This document shows, piece after piece, positions 15,001 through 21,689 of a stretch of DNA of 64,000 nt; within the stretch, counting starts at the first letter, position 1, and the number at the start of each line of letters is the position of its first letter. The translations under genes were made by a program, and so were the position numbers. The stretch comes from a virus (taxonomy: Duplodnaviria > Caudoviricetes), in IMG/VR virus record IMGVR_UViG_2974673715_000001, positions 64,001-128,000 of that record; one strand, 5' to 3'. Under the pieces are notes generated by a model, which saw nothing but the letters and a program-made list of their open reading frames with translations, did no database searches and was not told the DNA's origin.

Positions 15001-16250
15001 ATTATGTAGTTATTTCTGAGATAGATCTTGCTAATAATTACCTATACGTCATTCCTGTTGGCGGATTTACACCTTCAATTGGTGATGTTCTTGGTGATTA
15101 TGGAACAGGAACTGCATTACCTGTGGGACAAATTCAAGTTACAACTGTTGTTACAAATACAGGTCAGGGTGCTGCTAGAGTTCAAGATATTGAAAATATT
15201 GGTTTGAATAAGAGATTATATCTCTCTTCTGTTGTTGGTTCATTTACTGACAATGATGGTATTAAAGGTCCTGATAATTATGCTTCAGCGATTCTTAATG
15301 TTGAAGATGTTAAAGCTCGTGTCAAACGTTCCTTCAGAGGATTCGATGGAACACAAACATCATTCAAACTTACTACAGATAATGGAACTCAATATCTACC
15401 TGACCCTGCAGGACACATGCTCATCTTTGTTAATGGTATCCTACAACCACCTGGTGCAACTAATGCATACACAGCGTTCTCTGATACTATTCAGTTCACT
15501 GAAGCACCTGATTTGGGAGCATCCTTTACAGGATTCTACGTTGGTAAACTAAGACAACTTGATGATATTAGTTTCGAGTTTGATTCATTAAGTCAATCAT
15601 TCAACTTGAAACGTAATGATGTGTTCTATTCATTGACTCTAACTGATGGTGTTCAGTCAAGCACAATTAGACCTGAAAACAATATCATTGTTTCACTGAA
15701 TGGTGTGATTCAGGAACCTGGTATTGGTTTTGAGATTGTTGGTTCTAGAATCATCTTTACTGAAGTTCCTAGATTTGGTTCTACATTCGTTGCATTCTCT
15801 TATGTTGGTTCTGAGGCAGACGTTGATGCTGCTGAGGTTGTTCCTCCAATTGAACCAGGTGACTTTATTGACATTCAAGGTGAGACTGCAGATAGAGAAG
15901 TTGCTGTTATTGAATCATCAAACTCTCTAATTACATTTGATTATCTTGGATCTGTATTCGGACAGAAAGCTGTCGGAACTGCAGCTCTAACAACTGGATT
16001 TATTAAGAATGTTCAGGTAACTGGTGGTGGTTCAGGATACACTTCCAGACCTACTGTTCGTGTTGATTCTATCTCAGGTTTTGAGGGTAATATCCGTGCA
16101 CTAGTTGGTGTTGCGGGTGTTGAACTCAGTGCAACTGGTTCTGGATATCAAAATCCATCAGTTGCAGTTGAGACCACTGTCCCTGATGATTATGTCGCAC
16201 CTAATCTTGCAGATTATGGTGAAGAACTAATTGATCCAGAGATCCTATAA
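3..16250 (+). CDS. Giant virion structural / baseplate wedge-associated protein (gp7-like region), 5'-truncated by the window
   Basis: The frame is open from position 3 (GGGSGASATAIITKGVVSRVLIND...), so the start lies upstream. It contains many GxGYTSxPxVxIxGGGG baseplate repeats, a YHYH-family region (HSPIIGWAFDGNPIYGPYG...DLDQYNGRF), two LamG/concanavalin-like domains (WTIEF..., FTIECWIRP...WTHVAI...GYIDEFRVS), FTCxxD...YPRxTDP repeats and C-terminal LNGVIQxPG repeats. It lies upstream of gp8, as in cyanomyoviruses. Confidence 0.8.
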   Translation, partial: GGGSGASATAIITKGVVSRVLINDGGTGYTSQPTITIVGGGGTGATGTASVRGPIQDVTVSNGGASYTSNPTVTLSSGSGAVAQAIVQNGRIISIAIISAGSGYTTAPTIDIQGEGFGAVARATIDVDGENAGRVTGIEIVNRGIGYIQGTTLINLNSVGSGATFTANVFQWTYNLQETSTLDAAKGGVFEGFNNQYGGEYAHLSNPQRLRYLLGDNLFENNAGLVKEQETQLAHSPIIGWAFDGNPIYGPYGYSDPTDQNSAIAKLNTSYQLKAELVYNAVTNQNPVRTAGPLLSEESAGRFVEDYQYVFGQGDLDQYNGRFCKTPDYPDGRYCYFVTIDSTEDGNPLFPYVLGPSFNSVVDTWNLSADAVQQNIPTGVVRYRDPYENVDIDVERAPNASTNAITLENGDILLFEVEDEDRSGIIDQDETDDPDQVFEESPLQLFDYFPKVKLDSKVDIEVETITKFEDASVTGFTIENAGVSYQVNDRLVFDNTDTDGSGVSARVSRIKGESVLTYGFENTSGINYGLLKTTNPHNLVAGDTVFVDYSPVMDNTNKSYIVRQYKGIEEIQIDQTGSGYNTDIPPTIIIDGNGSDGSLEAVVTSVGSIDTVNILNSGSGYTSNPRVILSHPQVFKKADYYVSLIENENYASVNDVYVNDNKEVYICGKTHDISDNLVAFVAKLSATGVKEWEATLELTGGLDDAEFQKLYVDGKDIWVAGRNYPNSSLLNAYNPDIILVKYVEAENGLSATLNFQRAYAGISGSTRSDEITALKKFSDTRFVIGGYTNTNSANPYDAFIALVDTTGTFAIKRKLTSANSSEKITDIVVNGSDVYFSMEIASSVSATAVDVGFGKATIGTSAITIPYIKQISNTVYSFLNTSIAMDEFDEAYITATTRLKSDNTTTTGFWVGKFNTTGDVIYNKRYAVAGGSITAASKCVIDIFGDLNVAVSKIATTDSVRTAECIKIGYNGIIKSHTTQQFNLNNIEGITVNSLAVDNSGDVHLFGQTSWNRNEFIFPFTSGSNADTTGHYTLTSTSTNNSITYADNVAKIYGYNPAGSNSTWVNSHLKITSAQLGTKLNENWTIEFGLYKEASSSQTLSQTQQTLVSIGDAEDATGGLWLYYDVSSGKLELVVTNNTTKLNSAGSALQSTLTTMFADNTWQYIGLKKEGNQFTAYVNGIQAFTGSVSNTALNGKDLLFGQITGRDGTAGTIRKNEQGQYFIDHLRLRNRAITPSVPSDVTAFPTTGAFAFAYTWVDSGWFTTNLSKYDYIDYIGWGLKIDKNADAARIGTQTVQTNTQVGFVRTSVSAVTGVDLTVTNTGFALGDAGFQNLDFDDSATTMNAGTESLTYKQDIWSSRTATVPSPGSRKLKVTAIVRDRYYFKVTPTSKIDNIQELTINQSFNFTVGTKLKLVNATSGAFINSGYIISTDNVNNKIFLSVNNNGWSDDLNQGQLVTEQFSEQSTYGIVGPIPADVNEIEGYNFAQVNNTTPGTFDIDLDKYNLDGTYNAAGGQNLDSFAKFKPHSDIDYAIRIDEVSPSGSPFIVGSVVTITSSDISFNSAYSTAQITNLTGVLKITVIANLTKILQVTAVTNSDQVYVITGTNHYLSTGSMIYVDGNPTQTIGSTTYDEYDGSFAVSQIVSAREFVYKLPSAALTSPATTAANVSIYVKSPVLKMYYGHQYLFDVSHSSMSGGNLSFSKDPLNKLEYSFNSIERVGTPGLTGAGNPTPTVKLKVDEGIVTNISYYFDPSRTGADSPVSDGSYLDVTDSPYKGTFSVQSVQGATITRGADIIRFPLLNEPEAAADVNQASYTTSSVKAVGSIGAIRIVNPGGFYTRLPVVTGIQSTRQIERVAINAPGTEYAVGTYTGVPIGGDGEGGFVEITVADGTDANGVTIPGQIQSVVVTSPGKNYTTATIDVEAITGILGSGLTGSGAELEVVIPASGTGASIFTQGDKVGKIKKLKNNNFGYDYPHDYTLRPEITFPINAQLTSTSILDSITVTDPGSGYSQAPAVVITGGGGTGAVAEATIKNGRLDLIIVKDPGAGYSSTPAVALRSSFNYVVNLDLGLLQFAFPHGIANGSAVTLNVVDTGEGADFPLAAGAIGRLNGTTTYYAITGSANSLEPDQLKLAITASNANLGDAISYVNAGSGRQQLLTESFGGAATANVITSTFLEGELVYQGDSLENSTAQGYVSTNNGWQIGPRVLKIVDYTGDFIEGQRVTGVISKSSGTISDLNIAKGVLEIGSLTKTTGQFIDDVGKPSEIIEKIQDSYYYQDFSYAIKSAVSIGEWKDILIKNVHPASFKVFGELNLSDYGFVPNKETDFQLTKSVELARDAIVPNIQSFALVEPVYSEFNNTEILFRQKRLTSSENILTSVVQRIDDISTLFDGERIAFPLTVGGTNIVANANQLMIVLNGVVQNPGTSFNLQGDSIVFNEPPQPPASIKYVNVTIQNIPTKKISFDNIGGIFPNPGNEMVGTASGNRLTVTSVVGNDVFGFFTQGTTFTPSELVTVGATGFASNVAASNGVTDVQNIGLFTFGEKVTDFQGDTARVESINLQKGQETPLAQLRYTIGPSTTSFEVVAYKTDNSVADAPVADGTFTTGQNYQFGSEIFLLNSITQGSQSTTFGVTRAQSGTTAVSQQEDNPVYGTQISVNNQLTLSKTTGTYQSTPGLYDIQLNEVIIGAQSGVVARVTATSTYQDPVTQEFISQVNISEGSSFFGLLFNRITSQTYPNVVLDDISKSQVRIVDFTDNQTDYNTKFPSNEEINNYVIPYDNASGTLQNETIRNYKLEYGNNDGEFATGEGAVVRKLTYRDTVGTGLFVPGQIIRTRDTKAEVIGANQARKTVYVGKVGRSLRNGGDYHTFTFNNAYLNATNQKFGDACLGLSPGTEAHTFVSGVADSITAGGGATGTFTAATGTTYNGLTGDLVIEIGNHSLTTSNTVLIADNSIGFTCAQDGNTSTKTYPRSTDPASGSARNITAVTSTTITVNVGAVPIDESFAVAASDEFGFGTAAFTIECWIRPITVGAGTRSIFDFRTAATEVAPYLYLDGANLEYYVNGSIVIQGTANIVANQWTHVAISKSGSVTRMFVNGVQDGSNYSDSNNYGTNKPIRIGDDTAGNNHFIGYIDEFRVSTTGRYTAAFTAPTGIFQGDSNTVLLIHFDGVEGQQHTDDWSGTVSFTKDEYFNNDAILETSRKTGAPAGFAGRSHRYYNAADNIEGNIDFIKKEVVYQMRQRYPELVILGTRFTPTNATYDAVTGLLSMTVTGNTFTNGGQFTPQSASYNPSTGILTITKINHGVTNGKRINIKVGGITFTCAEDSNATNHPYPRSTDPVAGKWLTVSNATADTFTVDVGTSSNTTTHAFVSALTNAITVEKDRLKILDNSLTFTCAMDGNTANKTYPRPTDPASKDVALPIVSSSSTNLTVNVGPSPLVNFQPTNATYDPATGAFVMTIANHTINVGTQIRLTANSFTFTCTQDGNSAQKTYPRATAGDGQPDPAYNTALDVTAVGTTTQDISSAAYVPTTGILTVNTSGNHGLSTGNRIQIADNSLTFTCAYDSNATNHTYPRQTDPIRGEWVEVTVVDADTFTIDIGTSSDTSTHSFVSATAGALIKQTGTVTINVGVSAQADQYAHTFVSAATNAVVTGGNYLHTFVSATNNAVIIDEGINCEDDIRDTLNAIIQDLRNGSNNHVWDAASYYVNRTVNPVQIAQIEPAVKETLFAYEKVDDMLQYVITNALWPVQGDHGLTQFTDVSITDSSYTTLNQFTPTNATYNPATGDMVLTIGSHSMTTSSIVNIAVGGITFTCDKDGNDRPTAYPRKTDPAAKAVLAVTAVGGGNTTITVNVGKSSARDQYTHTFVSAVANSVTELNYTTGDCADVYSTVGNLINIITDTITNASASSPVDHLASVTKVEPAYEFVGGTVDGYLETTLAVDYHNAGTDLSYTNQIGPDTQYRFRDAANLIRLNRTAIVDKAAYDMLQRYPTLAQTMPRNQGGASTDGTIRCKTDLGNFLDAIANDLQEGGNLETITGTGFYLFQNGGLRYIRLQVFQSVYAHGRLAEYMKQAVLGTLTDANTNSIVVGDWGVTGAGVSGYFNAVTARIDELIATINNIIAPTGSDFEIAADRLFFNKQFIKEEINGLVLQYLSYVLNGVTYNAGAWNDELDVEDLIVALISDLQAGGTDSTIQEASTYLTAALNIQTIDNVLPAALYAIEQVGILGEYAIENGLFAQAEAGSANSSTQYAAQYTDESAYRDSISTSAINDVVYAWRDLIEIVKDIFSPGGKEARSAAKQLEYNENYYTNELNNAVTNQFGSGAWSTDQENFIEGIVGDIVHDLITTDTYDKSTAYTITLSASSGTFGVGELVTSSNGGEATVLEYDDVNKILYVGAFGGSAWVATNTLSAPSGATGTIASGGVSSAYNWYNNPTNVKIIDRARNLTSNIEGLVSTTNIFPDPENLNATGWTASETTTSVDVTAAPDETQTADKLIASTNNTEHYKYKNFTLNSFETFDSDTTKFDSTTETFDTGSAGDATTQTFTYSIFVKAAEYTKTRIYLALDDSLATRQRAFFDLDLSNGTKGSIFTPDVAITVDAFGVIPHGNGWYRAYITATFGFGFSQLRTQVYTRGSNGALVHAGNGSDGLFVWGHKLNSGALDPYTAASGTLFYSNTDYNIKTFALDNLEDFMGKALDNTLTSPSPLASFYKFYDASLASDYNKSTIQRFIRYHLNVIRNQLAQSTYYTTITNNNAITVPTIKYGNPEVPIGLSGGVKPADYFYGLLSDASAEVETVTENTGEVVQVYKRFRIDGNITDGPFTMGETVAKQGSSGVTGVVYGFYEDANYKYLDVRVTAGVWAVTDNIVGAANSTTAQISAIEDRLHIIDLQGLFENNIPFKGYTSGQTAQPTGFYQNNAAVTDNTGGTLTVDTASLTGTFETTAVVYPQTSRKFIDVKKIDGLDVKVGDLVASTGNIRLGINILNNLNVFTEGNRLYSIVAGQQQTNYVVISEIDLANNYLYVIPVGGFTPSIGDVLGDYGTGTALPVGQIQVTTVVTNTGQGAARVQDIENIGLNKRLYLSSVVGSFTDNDGIKGPDNYASAILNVEDVKARVKRSFRGFDGTQTSFKLTTDNGTQYLPDPAGHMLIFVNGILQPPGATNAYTAFSDTIQFTEAPDLGASFTGFYVGKLRQLDDISFEFDSLSQSFNLKRNDVFYSLTLTDGVQSSTIRPENNIIVSLNGVIQEPGIGFEIVGSRIIFTEVPRFGSTFVAFSYVGSEADVDAAEVVPPIEPGDFIDIQGETADREVAVIESSNSLITFDYLGSVFGQKAVGTAALTTGFIKNVQVTGGGSGYTSRPTVRVDSISGFEGNIRALVGVAGVELSATGSGYQNPSVAVETTVPDDYVAPNLADYGEELIDPEIL

Positions 16251-16253
16251 ATA
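16246..16253 (+). promoter_or_regulatory. T4-type late promoter (TATAAATA)
   Basis: Exact gp55 late promoter consensus, ending 20 nt before the next ATG (16274). Confidence 0.75.
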
Positions 16254-16273
16254 ACTAAAAATCGTAGCGAGTA

Positions 16274-17506
16274 ATGGCTAAACAAGCACTAGGTCTAGGT
16301 TCAGCAGCAAATGATAACTCAGGTGATACCCTGAGAGCTGGTGGTGACAAGATCAATGACAACTTTACTGAAATATACGGTGCCATTGGTAATGGAACTA
16401 CACTGACTGTTAGTGTTACAAACCCTGCTGTTGGTCAGGTTCTTAGATATAACGGAAGTACGTTTTTGCCTTCTGACTATACTCAACTTACTTCAGCATT
16501 AGATGTAAATGGTAACAATATTGTATCCTCTTCTAACGGTAATATCGTTATTGATCCTAACGGAACTGGCAACGTAACTATTTCTAATGGAAGTGTCACA
16601 AACACTTTTAATGGAACTACTGGAATAGTAGACTTTCCTACAAAAATTCAGTATAAGAATGAGTTTACAACTCTTGGTGCTGCTCCTGCTGCAGCAACAT
16701 ATACTGGTTATTTCTTTACTGTAGATGGTGATGATAATCCATATGTGAACATTAATATAACAGCAGGTGGAGCGGGCGATGTAAGAGCAAAGGTTGTAAC
16801 TGAATATTCGAGTATTGGATTACTTTCAGATGTTGATATTACTACTGCAGCACCAACTAATAACCAAGTCTTAAAATGGAATGGAACTAAGTTCGTTCCA
16901 GCTGATGATATTCAGGGAACTTCAGGAGGTGCCACTCAAAACCTCTTCGCTACTATCTTTGGTGACAGTGGTAGCACTACAGCGAATACTACAACAGACT
17001 CTTTAACAATTGCAGGTGGAACTAACATCACTACTGCAGTTGTTGGTGACACTTTAACAGTGAACTTCTCTGGAACGTTGACAAGCACCATATCAGCGTT
17101 AACTGACACTGATATGTCAGGACTTACTCAAGGTGATTCATTATTCTATAATGGAACTAATTGGGTTCCTACTAGATCACCTATCACATGGTGGGAACTT
17201 GGTGCTACTGGTAATGCACAGAACTTTACGTTCAATGGTCCTGGTTTCTCTGCAGCAACAAATGATCCTCAGATCTATGTTCAAAGAGGAGCAACATATG
17301 CTTTTGATAACTCTACTAATGGTGGTGCACATCCATTTAGAATTCAGAGTTCAGCAGGTTTAAGTGGCACTCCATACACCACTGGTCAAAGTGGTAGTGG
17401 AACTGCAGTTCTTTATTGGACTGTTCCTATGGATGCGCCTGGCACACTTTATTATCAATGCACAATCCATTCACAAATGAATGGGACTATCACCGTTGTA
17501 AGTTAA
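16274..17506 (+). CDS. Virion fiber/baseplate-associated protein with C-terminal cupredoxin (plastocyanin-like) domain
   Basis: The N-terminus GSAANDNSGDTLRAGGDKINDNFTEIY is a gp9/gp10-like motif. It has GQVLRYNG / QVLKWNGTKFVP fiber repeats and a C-terminal HPF...YYQCTIHSQMNGTI motif. Confidence 0.7.
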   Translation: MAKQALGLGSAANDNSGDTLRAGGDKINDNFTEIYGAIGNGTTLTVSVTNPAVGQVLRYNGSTFLPSDYTQLTSALDVNGNNIVSSSNGNIVIDPNGTGNVTISNGSVTNTFNGTTGIVDFPTKIQYKNEFTTLGAAPAAATYTGYFFTVDGDDNPYVNINITAGGAGDVRAKVVTEYSSIGLLSDVDITTAAPTNNQVLKWNGTKFVPADDIQGTSGGATQNLFATIFGDSGSTTANTTTDSLTIAGGTNITTAVVGDTLTVNFSGTLTSTISALTDTDMSGLTQGDSLFYNGTNWVPTRSPITWWELGATGNAQNFTFNGPGFSAATNDPQIYVQRGATYAFDNSTNGGAHPFRIQSSAGLSGTPYTTGQSGSGTAVLYWTVPMDAPGTLYYQCTIHSQMNGTITVVS

Positions 17507-17509
17507 TAA

Positions 17510-20500
17510 ATGACAAGAACTGTTCCTGGAACTGGTGCTGTAATCGAACCAATATTTGATGAAATATTTGGTGTTCGTGCAGTCAAAGTATTAAATGGAG
17601 GATCTGGATACGTTCCTAATGATCCCCCACGTCTTACTGTGACTGGTTGCGGAACTCCTGATGAAGCAGCGTTATTATATCCAATCATTGATGCTGATTC
17701 TGGAAGAATCACTCATGTAAGAGTTTTGAATAGAGGAAAGGGATATGATCCTCTAAGATTGCAAATTATTCCTGAGCAGGAAACACCAAACGTCGTTACT
17801 TCATTTGATGTCAATAGAGTATGGCAAAGTCATCCTAACTCTCCTACAACAGGTACGTTTACATCTGATAGACTTAGATTAGTTAGTGATAATCACCCTA
17901 AACCAACTCAGCATTTCTTAACTGAGAGACAACCAGGCGGTTCTACAGATGTCGTTGATAGAAGTTTTGATCATACGATAATCTACCGTGGTGGAAAGGA
18001 TGTTCCTTATGTTGGTCAAAGAGATTTTCAGAAAAATAAAGCACTTGGCATCATGGCAAATGGTGTCTTACTTCATACTCCAGAATGGGGAACAGCAGCA
18101 GGAACTCCTACAAACTTCTCTGCTGATACTGTAAAATACGATTATGTAAAAAATACTAATACTTATGATGCTGTAAATGATAGTGGTGTTTATTATTATC
18201 AATCAAGTAAAATTGTAAATGAGTTTGCTCTTGATAATGGTGTATTTGATTGGGGTGATATACAACTCTACACTTGGAATATTAAAGTAGAAACAGGAAA
18301 CCTTGTTGTTGGTGTATCTAACTTAGATGAAACACTTGGTTCTATTGAAGTTGGTAGAATTGTAGATGAAGTCTCAGGAACTGGTAGAGGTGAAATTGCT
18401 AAGATTGTTAGAGATAATCAGAATAATGTTACTAGAGTTTATATTAGAGCATTAACAGGTGATGCTTTCCAAGACAATGATCTTTTGTTAGGTTCTAATG
18501 GATTTGAATTTAGAATCAGTGGTGATCCAATATCAATCAATCCTTATTATATTGATTTTGGAACTGATGCAGCAAAGTTCGGTCCTTTCACACCTGGTCA
18601 ATTTTATATCGCTCCCGAAAATATTCAAGTAAGAGCAAATTATTTAATTAAATTTAATCAGTCTGACGCATCTAATCAGGCAGGTACAGGACATCCTATC
18701 AGATTTAGCGCAACTCCTGATGGTACGTTGAATAACGGAACATTATACTACAATAGCACTGGTGTATCTCAAGCACCTGCTACAGATTATGAATCAATTT
18801 ATGCTCCATTATTCTTGATGAATAGTGATGAACAAACAAGGATTTATTTCCATTGTGCTTATCACAGATATATGGGAGGATATGCAGGTGATGAAGGTTA
18901 CATGACCCTCAATACATCTGCAGAAACATACACTCCTACTAACAATTATTATGCTAGGGACTTTTATCAAAGTAATAGCAGTGATCCCAACACTATAGAT
19001 AAGTCTAGATATATTGATGGACACTCAAAAATTCTTGGTGTTTCTTTTGATGGTTATCCAATTTACGGACCTTGGGGATATAATTCTAGTGGTGCAGTAG
19101 CAAGAGAAACCTCTTCTTATAGACTTAGAACCACTGCTGAATTAGCGGGTGCTCGTCCTCAGGTAAATACAGTATCAACGGTAACATACGCTGTTACCAT
19201 TTCTAATGGGCAGTTCCTTTTTGGAGGTTCTCGTCCAAACTTTTTAGAATTAGATCGCGGTAAAACTTACATTTTCAATCAAAATGACGCATCTAATGAC
19301 AGTCAACATTTACTAATCTCAACTACGGACGATGGATGGCATGGGCAAAATCCTGTTATCATTGGGAATACTGCAAATTTGTATTCTGGCAATGGAATTA
19401 AATATTATATTGACGGGAGCGAAGTAACCTATCAATCATATTTGTCAGGTTTTAACTTGGCAACATCTCGTGAGGTACGATTTACAGTTCCTGTGAATGC
19501 ACCTACTGCGTTATATTTGTTTGCATATACAACTGCAGGTCATGGAATTAGAACTGTTCAAGAAGGATATGTTCTAGGAGATTTGGTAGAAGATTATATT
19601 TACGATTCTTCTGTAGGAACTCTTGATGAATTTAACGGTAAATTTGCTGTAACACCAGAGTATCCTAACGGAACCTATGCATACTTCATGAGTGAAGATA
19701 GTAGTGGTAATCCTGCATATCCATATGCTGTCGGTCCTAAGTTTTACGGAACACCATTATTTGAAGGAGATATTACACCTGCACAACCAACTGTATTCCC
19801 AACAGATGCAGAAGGTGATGTAGTTCTTGCTGATGATGGTAGTGTTTCTTATATCAAGATGACGAAGAAAGGTGATAATTTCTTCGGACCTGCAAAAGCA
19901 AAAATTCTTGGTGGGGAAGGAACTGGTGCTGTTGGAACTCCTACTGTTCAAACTGTTACTGGTTTAGCACTACTTGATGGTGGTAGAAGTTATGCTACTC
20001 CTCCAACACTTATTTTTGAAGGTGGTGGTGGACAAGGTGCACAAGGTGCTGCTGAAATTGATACTCTAGGAAAAGTTACATCTATTGCAATTACAAATCC
20101 AGGTGAGTTCTATCAAGAACCTCCATTTATTTTAATCACAGGTGGTGGCGGTATTGGTGCCAAGGCAGAAGCAACTATCGATCAAGGTGTTATAACAGCA
20201 ATTAATATCACAGATCCTGGTAATGGATATACTTCAATTCCAAACGTTATCTTTACAAAATTAGTAACACTTAAGAGAAAATCTAGAGCACGTCAGGCAT
20301 TTAACTCATCAAACATTTATTTGACTGGTCTTGTTAAAAATGTTACGTCGAATGATACAGAAATATATGTTGATTCTACAGATGCATTTCCTGGTTCTGG
20401 TCAAATCATTCTTAATTATGAAACAATCACTTATACCTCTAAATCAGCAGGTAAGTTTGGTGGTCTGACAAGAGGTGTAAACTTTAATTATGATCAACGG

Positions 20501-21652
20501 GTTATTCTTGACGCAGGTCAAAATGATTCAAATGGTGTTTCAACTTATAAGTTTAAGGTTGGTGATAGAGTTATTCGTAAAGTTGAAAATGCTAATAACA
20601 AAGTTGCAAAAGTATATGACTGGAATCCTGTTACCAGAGAACTTCTAGTTACTTTTGAAGTTGATGAATTAGCATTTATTGACGGTGGTATTCCTTCTAC
20701 TGAAGATGCTATCGTACAGTTTGATGCAGGAGTTGCTTCTAGTGCACCTTCTGGATTCCAACCTCATACTGTTCTTACAACTACTGGATCTAATATTTTC
20801 TTATTGACAGATCCTCCTTCTCTTTTGGCAGACAGATCTTTCCAAGATATTCTACCAACAGCAGCAGGTGATGGAATTGCTGACCTAGATAATACTGGCA
20901 CTGATTATGCTAATCAAATTAGTCTTGATGGTGGTATCTATAATTCTTTATATGGTATCGAAGAAACTCAAGGTGGAACAAATACAACACTATTCCAAGT
21001 TGGTGATAATGTAAAAGATGGAACTATTCCATTCAAGTATGCAACAATTCTGACTGCAGGTGCTTTGAGTGATGGTGTTGAACACACTGCACTTCTAACT
21101 ATTAAACTTGATGCAGCAAATGGTAATGGTATAAATTATAGCGTTAATGAAGTTGTTACAGGAGCAACTTCTGGAGTGATTGGAACTGTTGTTTCTTATG
21201 ATCCAACAACGACAACAGTAGTTGTAGGTAGCATTGTCCCATTTAATACTGGTAATATCAATGTTGGTATTGGTGGATATCTTTATGAGTTCTCTGATAG
21301 TGGAACTGTAGTTGATGTTATTATTCAAAATCCTGGCACAAACTATACTGCTGCACCAACAGTAACGTTTGAAAATATTGGTGACATTCAAGCGACTGGA
21401 ACTGCTGTTCTCACAGCTGCAGGAGACCAAGTTGCTTCTATTACTATCAATAATGGTGGATATGGTATTCAACAATCTGTTGATAACACATATAACCTAC
21501 ACCCCACAGTAACATTCACTAATGCAACTGGTGATACCACTGGTGCGGGTGCAGTTGCACAAGCAATTCTAGGAGGTGAGGACCTCGTAGGGAACGGTGG
21601 TGCACGATATAGAATCAAGAGTATTGAATATCAAGCAACTGTTCGCTCGTAA
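17510..21652 (+). CDS. Baseplate wedge-associated structural protein with split YHYH-family domain and cupredoxin-like inserts
   Basis: It has GxGY..PP repeats, ALGIMANGV...HSKILGVSFDGYPIYGPWG...LDEFNGKFAVTPEYPNGTYAYF, and HPIRF...YFHCAYHRYMGG. It lies directly upstream of gp8. Confidence 0.7.
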   Translation: MTRTVPGTGAVIEPIFDEIFGVRAVKVLNGGSGYVPNDPPRLTVTGCGTPDEAALLYPIIDADSGRITHVRVLNRGKGYDPLRLQIIPEQETPNVVTSFDVNRVWQSHPNSPTTGTFTSDRLRLVSDNHPKPTQHFLTERQPGGSTDVVDRSFDHTIIYRGGKDVPYVGQRDFQKNKALGIMANGVLLHTPEWGTAAGTPTNFSADTVKYDYVKNTNTYDAVNDSGVYYYQSSKIVNEFALDNGVFDWGDIQLYTWNIKVETGNLVVGVSNLDETLGSIEVGRIVDEVSGTGRGEIAKIVRDNQNNVTRVYIRALTGDAFQDNDLLLGSNGFEFRISGDPISINPYYIDFGTDAAKFGPFTPGQFYIAPENIQVRANYLIKFNQSDASNQAGTGHPIRFSATPDGTLNNGTLYYNSTGVSQAPATDYESIYAPLFLMNSDEQTRIYFHCAYHRYMGGYAGDEGYMTLNTSAETYTPTNNYYARDFYQSNSSDPNTIDKSRYIDGHSKILGVSFDGYPIYGPWGYNSSGAVARETSSYRLRTTAELAGARPQVNTVSTVTYAVTISNGQFLFGGSRPNFLELDRGKTYIFNQNDASNDSQHLLISTTDDGWHGQNPVIIGNTANLYSGNGIKYYIDGSEVTYQSYLSGFNLATSREVRFTVPVNAPTALYLFAYTTAGHGIRTVQEGYVLGDLVEDYIYDSSVGTLDEFNGKFAVTPEYPNGTYAYFMSEDSSGNPAYPYAVGPKFYGTPLFEGDITPAQPTVFPTDAEGDVVLADDGSVSYIKMTKKGDNFFGPAKAKILGGEGTGAVGTPTVQTVTGLALLDGGRSYATPPTLIFEGGGGQGAQGAAEIDTLGKVTSIAITNPGEFYQEPPFILITGGGGIGAKAEATIDQGVITAINITDPGNGYTSIPNVIFTKLVTLKRKSRARQAFNSSNIYLTGLVKNVTSNDTEIYVDSTDAFPGSGQIILNYETITYTSKSAGKFGGLTRGVNFNYDQRVILDAGQNDSNGVSTYKFKVGDRVIRKVENANNKVAKVYDWNPVTRELLVTFEVDELAFIDGGIPSTEDAIVQFDAGVASSAPSGFQPHTVLTTTGSNIFLLTDPPSLLADRSFQDILPTAAGDGIADLDNTGTDYANQISLDGGIYNSLYGIEETQGGTNTTLFQVGDNVKDGTIPFKYATILTAGALSDGVEHTALLTIKLDAANGNGINYSVNEVVTGATSGVIGTVVSYDPTTTTVVVGSIVPFNTGNINVGIGGYLYEFSDSGTVVDVIIQNPGTNYTAAPTVTFENIGDIQATGTAVLTAAGDQVASITINNGGYGIQQSVDNTYNLHPTVTFTNATGDTTGAGAVAQAILGGEDLVGNGGARYRIKSIEYQATVRS

Positions 21653-21656
21653 CCCT

Positions 21657-21664
21657 CATAAATA
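21657..21664 (+). promoter_or_regulatory. Late promoter variant (CATAAATA)
   Basis: One mismatch to TATAAATA. It is intergenic and followed by the RBS AGGAGG and the gp8 ATG. Confidence 0.6.
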
Positions 21665-21689
21665 AACAGGAGGACAATAGTATCCCAAA

